Source: a virus
Reading direction: 5' to 3' (one strand)
DNA length: 64,000 bases
Virus record (IMG/VR): IMGVR_UViG_3300007513_000015
Span: 1 to 64,000 of that record
Shown: positions 50,505 through 58,756 of the stretch, one piece after another
Numbering within the stretch: the first letter of the stretch is position 1
Layout: each line of letters starts with the position of its first letter
The notes under the pieces: model-generated
What the model saw: the letters and a program-made list of their open reading frames with translations, nothing else
What the model was told of the DNA's origin: nothing
Database searches by the model: none
Position numbers and translations under genes: made by a program

Positions 50505-53500
50505 ATGTCCGTAACACTATCAAACATAACAACTGCGGTTGATCCGTTTAACGATATTCCAGATATTACATTTGATAGTATCGACATCACGGCTTTCACC
50601 GAAGAAGTAGAAATTTATACTAACACTCCTGCGGTGATGATTCCAACTAAGTTGAACGCAATGGCTGGTTCAATGAAAACTTGGTTGAATGATAATATTA
50701 GTGCGCCACTAGAGAACCAACAAAACACATTCAAGAATGAAGTGATTATAAGAACCAACACTGCTATGAATGCTGTTGAAACCTATATGAATGATGAAGT
50801 TCAAGGTTTCGTTAATACAGTATTTGTGCCTTGGGCAAACGATGCTGGTAATATTCTTTCAAATCACGCAAACATTCTTGAAACTAATGTGACTGGAACA
50901 ATATCACAGTTACAAAGTGACTACACTCTTCACGTTGAATCTCAGGATGCTATTATCCAGCAGGCCCTTGATGATATATTATCTAATATTGCTCAATATA
51001 CTTCTGGTGCGGCAGATTCTGGTTATTCTATTCATCAAACCAATGAATTACTTGCCGATGTTACGATGACTCGTGAGATTGGATTTGATAACTACAAATA
51101 CAATGCAGAAGGTCAGATCACATTCGCAGAAGAAGGACCAAATAGAACACATCATATTTCATATAACAAATCAACTGGCGCTATTCAGGCATTTGGTGAG
51201 TCAATGCAAATCGAAGGTGAGCCTCGTCCATTCGTTCAACATCTTAAACTTGAACAAGAGGCTTCTACTGGCTCAACTTCTGTTACTAAGATTAAAGCAT
51301 ATGATATAAACAAGTATGTATCCACTACTAATGTTAATTCATTCAGAGGAACTGGACACGAAGAAGATGGCACACCGGCTGTTGAATTAACTATTCTTAA
51401 TAATACGTCTATTGCTGATACTGATAATCCTGAACTTGTCTTGAGAAGAGGTATTGATTCAGCTATGATGTGGGGTAGTCTTGATGATGGTGATTTTATT
51501 ACAATCACAAATCTTGATGGTTCTATTTACAATGAAGGTATTGTTGGCCAATATGCACAGAACTATGATACAACTTTATTTAAGCCTTATTCTTCCTATT
51601 GTCACGATTCAACATCATCCGTAACTGGATGGGGTGTGGATGCTAGTATGAATGCTATTGATATTGATTCTTCTGGCGGCCTATATGACACTCCTGTAAA
51701 ATGTGAAATGTATAAAGATTCTAATGTTGCTCTTTTAGATGATTTAAGTCGTTCTTATGAGTTTAATATTGCTGGTGAATCTTATGATTCTGATTTATCT
51801 GATGGTCTTATCTATAATGTATACATTAATGATGATTCCGGTTTCATTGATTCGTATGCATACACAATTGATGCTAATGGCAAACAAGATACTGGTGCAA
51901 TCTTAAATGCTGTTTATGATAATGGTGTTTCAGATGTTACAATCACTAATAGAGGTACAAAATATTCTAAAAACTCATCTGCAAGAGCATTTGATTTAGG
52001 TGCTGTTGATGTTACAGGTTCCATTGAAACAAAAGCAGTAGCAACTCATACATTAAAGAATGGTATGGTTGATGAGATTTTAATTACTAATGCTGGTGCA
52101 GGTTATACCGGATATTATGAAATTATCGTTCCTGAAGTTCCGGGTGGTGATGGTCATACTCATACATTACAATTTTCACAAGCAATAATTAATCAAATTA
52201 AAGCAGGAACTCCTCAAGTCGGCGCAACCGTTGAGGCAGGTCACTCACACGATATTACTGTTGCTTGGAATGATTTTAACAATTCATTCATTCTAACACA
52301 AACAGTTGGCGGTGGTCACGACCACGAAATGACTATTACAACACATAATGTTAATCCAACAATTACAGTAGCATTCACAACAAATACTGGTGGTCTTGCT
52401 GATGGTTATGTTGTATTAGCAGAAGATGGAACAGTAGATGAAGTTATTATAACTAATGGTGGTGCTGATTATGGAGTAGGAGATACAGTCTCTATTAGTG
52501 GTGGAGCCCCTGCTACTCCTGCGCAAGTATCAATGAATCTTGCTGATGGTGGTATCGCAAGTATTGCAGTTTCAGATCAAGGTACTGGATATACTGATAA
52601 TACAGCAAAGACTGTTCAGGTGGATATTCAAAACAATACTTTCACTCCGTCCGTTATTTCTGTAAATGTTGGAGATACAATCGACTTTACAAATCTTGAT
52701 ATTCAAGCGCATACAGTAACACATACTGATGGAATGTTTAATTCTGGTGATATTCCACAAAATGCTACATTCTCATATACAGTCACAAAGGACACTGAAT
52801 TAACAGATAGATATGATATTGTTGATGAGAATAATACTGAAACTACTGCTACTCTTTGGGTTCGTGAAAACACGGTATTTGTTGAAATGAACACAACAAC
52901 TGGTGGTGGTCTGAGAGGTCTTGGTACTATTAATGCATCAGGAAACTTAATTGATATTGCTGTTGATAACCCAGGAAAAGGATATAATGCAACAGATACA
53001 GTTCGTATTATTGATGTATCTGGCCCAGGAGAAGGAGCATATGCTTCTGTAGAAACTAATCGCTCTATTGGTGCTGTTACTGTTGTGAATAAGGGAACTG
53101 GTTATTCTGAGAATACTCAAATTCTTGCGTTTGATCCTACTGGTACTCCTATCATTGATTCTGCTACTGGATTAGAAACAGGAAGAACATATGGTTCTGG
53201 AGCTATTTTGAGACCAAATTTAACAACAGAATACGTTCCAGCTGTTTGTTCTGATTCGCAATTTCTCGTTCAAGCGGATTGTGAAGGGGCCGGGGCAACT
53301 TGGAGTGCAGAAATCACTATAGGTGAAATAATTGATGTTACTGTAGCTGATGGCGGCTCTAATTATAATGATATTCAACTTATTATTAATGATCCTGCTG
53401 GAACTGGTGCAGGTGGTTCATTGACACCAGATGTTAATAATATAATCTCTGATGTAAGTTTGACTAATCGAGGTTCAAATTACAATGAGCCTATCATAAT

Positions 53501-54095
53501 TATATCTGATCCTTCAGGTAAGATTGGTACTACTTTAGATAGCACAATTGGCGGTGGATTCGCTGGAACAGTCACACTTAATAATGGTATCGGCTCGGCT
53601 ACAATCGTTGAAGATTGGCAAAATTATATTGATGGACAAACAAGAGTTATAGTAGTTGATGCAGATCCTATTCCTACTGGTTACGGTGCTACTGGCACAG
53701 TTCAACTTGGAGCGGCAGGCAATGTTTCATCTATCACATTCACTAATCCTGGAACTGCTTATAAGCAACCTGTAGTGGTGGTTGCAGGACCAGTTAGTTA
53801 TACTGGTGCTTCTATCAATAATGTTAATACTGATTTAGCACTGTATGGGCCAGAAGGAAATACAGATAATAGCCCATTTTCTGCTAATAACACAGCCGGA
53901 ACAAACTTTAAGAATGGTATTATGATTCAGTTTGAGAATCCAAATGGTCATTCTATGGATGATTATTGGACATTCAAATGCCAGTCTTGGAAAAAAGGAA
54001 CGCCAGATTCACTACTATACACTTCTAGTAGATATGATGGTAATAATGAAAATATGCGTGGAATTATTACATTGAAAGATGTATGGGACGTTTAA
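50505..54095 (+). CDS. large putative fibre/structural protein with G-x-G-Y repeats, a triple-HxH module and a degenerate cupredoxin
   Basis: Repeated ITNxGxGY; GHTH/GHSH/GHDH; FTPSVISVNVGDTIDFTNLD..AHTVT. Confidence 0.8.
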   Translation: MSVTLSNITTAVDPFNDIPDITFDSIDITAFTEEVEIYTNTPAVMIPTKLNAMAGSMKTWLNDNISAPLENQQNTFKNEVIIRTNTAMNAVETYMNDEVQGFVNTVFVPWANDAGNILSNHANILETNVTGTISQLQSDYTLHVESQDAIIQQALDDILSNIAQYTSGAADSGYSIHQTNELLADVTMTREIGFDNYKYNAEGQITFAEEGPNRTHHISYNKSTGAIQAFGESMQIEGEPRPFVQHLKLEQEASTGSTSVTKIKAYDINKYVSTTNVNSFRGTGHEEDGTPAVELTILNNTSIADTDNPELVLRRGIDSAMMWGSLDDGDFITITNLDGSIYNEGIVGQYAQNYDTTLFKPYSSYCHDSTSSVTGWGVDASMNAIDIDSSGGLYDTPVKCEMYKDSNVALLDDLSRSYEFNIAGESYDSDLSDGLIYNVYINDDSGFIDSYAYTIDANGKQDTGAILNAVYDNGVSDVTITNRGTKYSKNSSARAFDLGAVDVTGSIETKAVATHTLKNGMVDEILITNAGAGYTGYYEIIVPEVPGGDGHTHTLQFSQAIINQIKAGTPQVGATVEAGHSHDITVAWNDFNNSFILTQTVGGGHDHEMTITTHNVNPTITVAFTTNTGGLADGYVVLAEDGTVDEVIITNGGADYGVGDTVSISGGAPATPAQVSMNLADGGIASIAVSDQGTGYTDNTAKTVQVDIQNNTFTPSVISVNVGDTIDFTNLDIQAHTVTHTDGMFNSGDIPQNATFSYTVTKDTELTDRYDIVDENNTETTATLWVRENTVFVEMNTTTGGGLRGLGTINASGNLIDIAVDNPGKGYNATDTVRIIDVSGPGEGAYASVETNRSIGAVTVVNKGTGYSENTQILAFDPTGTPIIDSATGLETGRTYGSGAILRPNLTTEYVPAVCSDSQFLVQADCEGAGATWSAEITIGEIIDVTVADGGSNYNDIQLIINDPAGTGAGGSLTPDVNNIISDVSLTNRGSNYNEPIIIISDPSGKIGTTLDSTIGGGFAGTVTLNNGIGSATIVEDWQNYIDGQTRVIVVDADPIPTGYGATGTVQLGAAGNVSSITFTNPGTAYKQPVVVVAGPVSYTGASINNVNTDLALYGPEGNTDNSPFSANNTAGTNFKNGIMIQFENPNGHSMDDYWTFKCQSWKKGTPDSLLYTSSRYDGNNENMRGIITLKDVWDV

Positions 54096-54103
54096 TAAAT
54101 TAA

Positions 54104-54111
54104 TATAAATA
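54104..54111 (+). promoter_or_regulatory. T4-type late promoter
   Basis: TATAAATA upstream of 54147. Confidence 0.75.
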
Positions 54112-54146
54112 GAAGTAAATAAAAGAATTTCTGGAGATAAACAACT

Positions 54147-55109
54147 ATGGATATTTTAACACTTGGTAAGATGAACCAGATGGCAAAAGAAGTTGACCAA
54201 ACTATGGAATATCTTGCCAATGCGACATTCTCCGCACTGAAAGATATTTGTACAGTTCAAGATGAACAACTAACTTGCATCAATCAAACAGTCGCCGAAG
54301 GTGTAACAAATCTTGAAGATATGGGCGGTGGCGGAAGTGGCGTTCAAATTGTAGATTTTTACAATGAAAACGATATAGGCTGTCATTGTTTTACTGGTTG
54401 TAACACTACTTGGACTGTCCCTGATGGCATAAAATCTATTACATTTGAAGCCTGGGGTGGAGGCGGTGCTGGCGCTGGCCACTGTTGTCACGGGTGTTGG
54501 TGTGATATGGCATCGTGCGGTTCTCAAGGTGGCGTATATGCACGAAAAACTGTTTGTTGTATTGCTGAGGATTTTGTAGCAGGTGATGTTTACTCACTTT
54601 GTATGGGTGACGGTGGTAATGCGGCCGGTGGAGGCGGTTGTTGGACCGGTTGTTGTGATGCTCCACGAGGGTGTATGTCATATATCACTGGCCCAGGATT
54701 GGATAATTTCTGTGCGCCTGGTGGTAGGGGTGGTTATAATTTATACTGTAGTTGTAGGTGTAATATGAACCATTGTTGGTACGAAACTCCACAGTGTTTA
54801 GGTCTTTGTGTTGGTCAAAATGTTGATTTTGCCGCAACAGCGACTGGTCACCAATTCTTCAAGGGCCGCCGTAATTGTGATTGTAACTCACGTTACACAC
54901 AAACAGGCTCTTCTTATGGTTTAAGAAATGATTTTATGCAACATATTGAGGATTCTATGAGCTGGTGTGGTTGCGAAACAAATTGTCACGCATATCGACT
55001 GGCAGGCGGCGGTATGAATGTTCAAAAATCATATTGCGGAAACGCTCTTTGTGGTGGATGCTTAGGCAGCCCAGGACATTCTGGTTTAATTAGAATCACA
55101 TACGCATAA
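54147..55109 (+). CDS. Cys-rich, Gly-rich tail fibre tip/adhesin-like protein 1
   Basis: WTVPDGIKSITFEAWGGGGAG...GLIRITY glycine-rich domain; about 32 Cys in 320 aa. Confidence 0.7.
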   Translation: MDILTLGKMNQMAKEVDQTMEYLANATFSALKDICTVQDEQLTCINQTVAEGVTNLEDMGGGGSGVQIVDFYNENDIGCHCFTGCNTTWTVPDGIKSITFEAWGGGGAGAGHCCHGCWCDMASCGSQGGVYARKTVCCIAEDFVAGDVYSLCMGDGGNAAGGGGCWTGCCDAPRGCMSYITGPGLDNFCAPGGRGGYNLYCSCRCNMNHCWYETPQCLGLCVGQNVDFAATATGHQFFKGRRNCDCNSRYTQTGSSYGLRNDFMQHIEDSMSWCGCETNCHAYRLAGGGMNVQKSYCGNALCGGCLGSPGHSGLIRITYA

Positions 55110-55125
55110 TTTAGGAGTTATAAAA

Positions 55126-55818
55126 ATGAGTGAAACTTGGCAAGAAACAGTAAATGTAGAATATACATACGACTGTCCAACAGACAATTATCTATCCGGG
55201 AAGATAAATGAAACTATTACTGAAAATTATAATGGTCCAGCTAGATTAGTTTCCCTAGTCGATAAAGAGACTAATGTTCCTGAAGTTGTTTTAAGGGAAT
55301 GGGAAGCATATGACGGCAGACCCGATAGGTTAAATTGTTATAGTGTTGTTATTGACTGTTCTGAAAATGCTTTAGTGTGTGAGGTTCTTTCTGACTATCA
55401 TAACAACCATTTAGATGATGAAAACTTAGGTATTGAAGGAAACGAAGATACTAGAGAAATGAAATCAATTTCTACTCCTGACGGTTATAATGAATTCACT
55501 TATCCATATCCAATTCATCCTGATGAACTTTATGATGATAAACGGTCTACATATAATAAAGAAACAGAAACTTGGAATCTTCAAAAGAATACAAATGTTG
55601 ATATTTTAGGTGAAAGTAATTGGGATGAAATTCGTATTTTGAGAAATGAAATTCTTCAAAATACTGATGGAATGATGAGTTCTGATGTACCAGAAAATAT
55701 TAAAACAAATGTTGGTGCTTTAAGACAAAAATTAAGAGATTTACCAGAAGAACTCGCAGGAATTGATGAAGTATTTGTGCCATCTTCTTTCCCCAGCACT
55801 TCTATTTTGGAGAAATAA
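55126..55818 (+). CDS. tail fibre assembly chaperone-like protein 1
   Basis: C-terminal WDEIR.LRN..L..TD...LRQKLRDLP. Confidence 0.75.
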   Translation: MSETWQETVNVEYTYDCPTDNYLSGKINETITENYNGPARLVSLVDKETNVPEVVLREWEAYDGRPDRLNCYSVVIDCSENALVCEVLSDYHNNHLDDENLGIEGNEDTREMKSISTPDGYNEFTYPYPIHPDELYDDKRSTYNKETETWNLQKNTNVDILGESNWDEIRILRNEILQNTDGMMSSDVPENIKTNVGALRQKLRDLPEELAGIDEVFVPSSFPSTSILEK

Positions 55819-55820
55819 AA

Positions 55821-56792
55821 ATGGATATTTTAACATTAGGTAAAATGAATGAAATGGCCAAGAGCAACAATGTGGCTCTTGAGTTGATGGCAAATCACGT
55901 TTATGATGCGCTTTCAGATATTAATACAGTTCAAGCTGGTAATGTCAATTGTGTTAATAGTGTTGTTCAAGAAGGTGTTGACAATTTAAATGAAATGGGC
56001 GATTCTTATCTACAGGAGCCTCAAAAACACTTTTATATTTACAACACAAATCACTGGTCAGTAACGAACGGTGGATGTTGCCTACAATGGACTGTTCCTA
56101 CTGGAACTCGATTAATTACATTTGAGATTCTATCTGGTGGCGGACCGGGTGGTTCTTCAGGACACGACTATGACTCAGGTCACGGTGGAGCAGGCGGTAA
56201 CTATAATGAAAAAACACTCTGCCTAGAAGCAGGTAACTTTAACTCTACAGCAGGAAGTGAATCAGTTTATACACTTTGTTCTGGTGGAACATCTCAGTGT
56301 AATTGTTGTGCTAGTTGTAACAGGTCTTGTAGACACGGATGTACGTCCTATGTAACCGGACCGGGACTATCAAACTTTTGTGCGATAGGTGGACACGGTG
56401 GTTCAACTTCTTGGGATGTTAACTCTCATTGTTATAACTGTCATATCGGTAACCAACAGTGTGACTTAGGTAACTACAACGCAGGTTGGGTATCAAATAA
56501 CTGTAACGAGGCAACGCAAGGTGGAGATATGTGTTTCAGAGGAATTTCTGGCTCACATACAAAACAATACGATTGTTGTTCAGACACGAACTCATTTGCG
56601 GGTGGACCTTCGGGACCATTTACAGTATCAGGCACTTCTGTTAATAAGCACTGGTGTACTGGGAATATGGCTTGTTGTAATGCTCACGCGGCCTTCCCGG
56701 GCGGTGGTGGAAGTGGACACGCATCTGGTTCTGGCTCGGCTTGTTGGGGAAGTTTCGGTGCAGGTGGATTAGTCAAAGTGACTTACCAATAA
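55821..56792 (+). CDS. Cys-rich, Gly-rich tail fibre tip/adhesin-like protein 2
   Basis: Paralog of 54147 (MDILTLGKMN; WTVP; GPGL.NFCA.GG.GG; GLVKVTY); about 23 Cys. Confidence 0.7.
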   Translation: MDILTLGKMNEMAKSNNVALELMANHVYDALSDINTVQAGNVNCVNSVVQEGVDNLNEMGDSYLQEPQKHFYIYNTNHWSVTNGGCCLQWTVPTGTRLITFEILSGGGPGGSSGHDYDSGHGGAGGNYNEKTLCLEAGNFNSTAGSESVYTLCSGGTSQCNCCASCNRSCRHGCTSYVTGPGLSNFCAIGGHGGSTSWDVNSHCYNCHIGNQQCDLGNYNAGWVSNNCNEATQGGDMCFRGISGSHTKQYDCCSDTNSFAGGPSGPFTVSGTSVNKHWCTGNMACCNAHAAFPGGGGSGHASGSGSACWGSFGAGGLVKVTYQ

Positions 56793-56821
56793 TAAATATG
56801 AATTTTAGGAGATAGAATAAA

Positions 56822-57565
56822 ATGGCAAATGTACAAAAAGTCGTAACTTATGACTTGCCTGACGAGTTTGAACAGGCTGTCCCAACAACTGCGTTAGGTA
56901 AAACGTCAACGCAAAGTTATGATGGGCCTGAAACTCTAATCCTGTGGATTGACAAAGAGTCACAAGACATCGAACAAACTTGGAACAAGGATGAATATAC
57001 AGAACGTCCTGTTCCTTTGAATTGCGAAGTTAAAGAACTACACGCTGACACAGATGAGAATACGATTAAAATCGGAATGCTCTTCGGTGGATTTGAAGAA
57101 GTAATTAAACTTTATGAAGTTCAGGTAGGACCTGCTGAAGATGATAATGCGGTTCTCAGAGACCCATCTGACCCACGTCAAATCTTTTCAGAAAATGACA
57201 TCATTGATGACTACACTAAGCCTCTAGTTTTTAGAACTGACTGGCGTAGGTATGATGATGCGTTCGTCCGTAGTGAACGTAATGCTAAATTGAAGCAGTC
57301 TGATTCCAGAATCGCTGAAGATATGCCTGACGAAGTTAAAGCAAAATGGTTAGCATATAGACAGAAATTGAGGGATATTCCTGCGGATTGGGCGGCTGTT
57401 CCAAATCATATGATTAAATGGCCTACTGACCCTGACGGAGAGTATGATGAACCTTTGGTTCGTGGAGAAGATCCAGATAACCCAGTAATTATGATTGCAG
57501 ACAGAGGGCCATCTGATGCAGATGCTATCGCTCAGTTAGCACCTATTAGTGGCGTTGATGAATAA
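56822..57565 (+). CDS. tail fibre assembly chaperone-like protein 2
   Basis: VRSERNAKLKQSD...WLAYRQKLRDIP...WP.DP. Confidence 0.78.
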   Translation: MANVQKVVTYDLPDEFEQAVPTTALGKTSTQSYDGPETLILWIDKESQDIEQTWNKDEYTERPVPLNCEVKELHADTDENTIKIGMLFGGFEEVIKLYEVQVGPAEDDNAVLRDPSDPRQIFSENDIIDDYTKPLVFRTDWRRYDDAFVRSERNAKLKQSDSRIAEDMPDEVKAKWLAYRQKLRDIPADWAAVPNHMIKWPTDPDGEYDEPLVRGEDPDNPVIMIADRGPSDADAIAQLAPISGVDE

Positions 57566-57586
57566 GATTTAAAGATACACCAAAAG

Positions 57587-57620
57587 AGGCTCTGTTTCTT
57601 CCTGAAACAGAGCCTTTTTT
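57587..57620 (+). terminator. intrinsic terminator
   Basis: AGGCTCTGTTTC/GAAACAGAGCCT stem plus T-run. Confidence 0.88.
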
Positions 57621-57625
57621 ATGCG

Positions 57626-57663
57626 TATAAATACTTGACAAATAGAGCGAACTATAGTATAAT
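57626..57663 (+). promoter_or_regulatory. adjacent late (TATAAATA) and early (TTGACA-N17-TATAAT) promoters
   Basis: TATAAATA 57626-57633, TTGACA 57635-57640, TATAAT 57658-57663. Confidence 0.8.
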
Positions 57664-57703
57664 AGTTCCAATTATAGATTATTAAAACAAGTGAGGTGAA
57701 ACA

Positions 57704-58753
57704 ATGAGTCGTTCCAAGGCTTTCTTTATTAATGGTGGTGCCGGTCGGGTACTATGTTCAATTCCTGCTCTCGAAAGATATGCAGAGGACTCAGGTGATG
57801 AGGACTTTGTAATTGTTTGTGAAGCTGGTATGGATTTCTATCGCGGTCATCCAATTCTTCATAAACACGCATATGAAGTGTGGCATAAAGGTCTTTTTGA
57901 GAATCATCTAAAAGACAAAGATATTGTTACTCCAGAGCCATATCGAGTTCACGATTATTTCAATCAAAATTGTAATCTTACTCAAGCGTTTGATATTGAA
58001 ATTAATGGTCTTGAAGAGCCAAGAGTAGTGAATGATCCTTCAATTAAACTCAACAAAATGGAATTGATTGTAGGATTTCAAACTATTCAAGAAATCAAGG
58101 CTACCACAGGAAAAGATAAGGTTCTTGTTGTACAACCATTTGGTAGAAGTGTTACACAAATGGGAGAATTTATTGTTGATCCCTCTTCTAGGTCTTTTGA
58201 ACTTCAAAATATCATTAACATCATTCAAGGTCTACGAAAAGAATATGCTATCATTATGATGAGTGAGTTGAAAATTCCTCTACCAACTGATGAGAATAAT
58301 ATAATTGCGGCACCACAAGAGCCTGATTTAAGAAAATGGGCAGCAATGATTAATTCAGCGGACCATTTCTTAGGATGTGACTCTGTTGGACAGCATATCG
58401 CAAAGGCACTTGGTAAAACTGCAACAGTAGTAACAGGATCAACAGTGCCTGAAAATATCAGTTATCCAGATTTCGTAGATTTTGATGTTATAGATATTGG
58501 TGAAGGTAAAAGAAAATATTCTCCTATTCGTATAGCTATGGATGATGAATGTGATAGAGTAAATGATGAGGTTATGATGATGGATGAATATCAAGAGAAA
58601 GAGGTTATCGACTCTTGTAAACAATTCCTAGGTGAAGGAAAGAAGTTTGAAGGTTCTTTTACTCCAACACAACAGGGCGGTTGCGGAACTTGTGGCACAA
58701 GTGAATCTCTGCCTAAGTATGATTTTAATACTACTAACCTTCTGGAGAATTAA
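57704..58753 (+). CDS. GT9-like (ADP-heptose transferase family) glycosyltransferase
   Basis: GGAGRVLCSIPAL and LRKWAAMINSADHFLGCDSVGQHIAKALG. Confidence 0.7.
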   Translation: MSRSKAFFINGGAGRVLCSIPALERYAEDSGDEDFVIVCEAGMDFYRGHPILHKHAYEVWHKGLFENHLKDKDIVTPEPYRVHDYFNQNCNLTQAFDIEINGLEEPRVVNDPSIKLNKMELIVGFQTIQEIKATTGKDKVLVVQPFGRSVTQMGEFIVDPSSRSFELQNIINIIQGLRKEYAIIMMSELKIPLPTDENNIIAAPQEPDLRKWAAMINSADHFLGCDSVGQHIAKALGKTATVVTGSTVPENISYPDFVDFDVIDIGEGKRKYSPIRIAMDDECDRVNDEVMMMDEYQEKEVIDSCKQFLGEGKKFEGSFTPTQQGGCGTCGTSESLPKYDFNTTNLLEN

Positions 58754-58756
58754 ATT

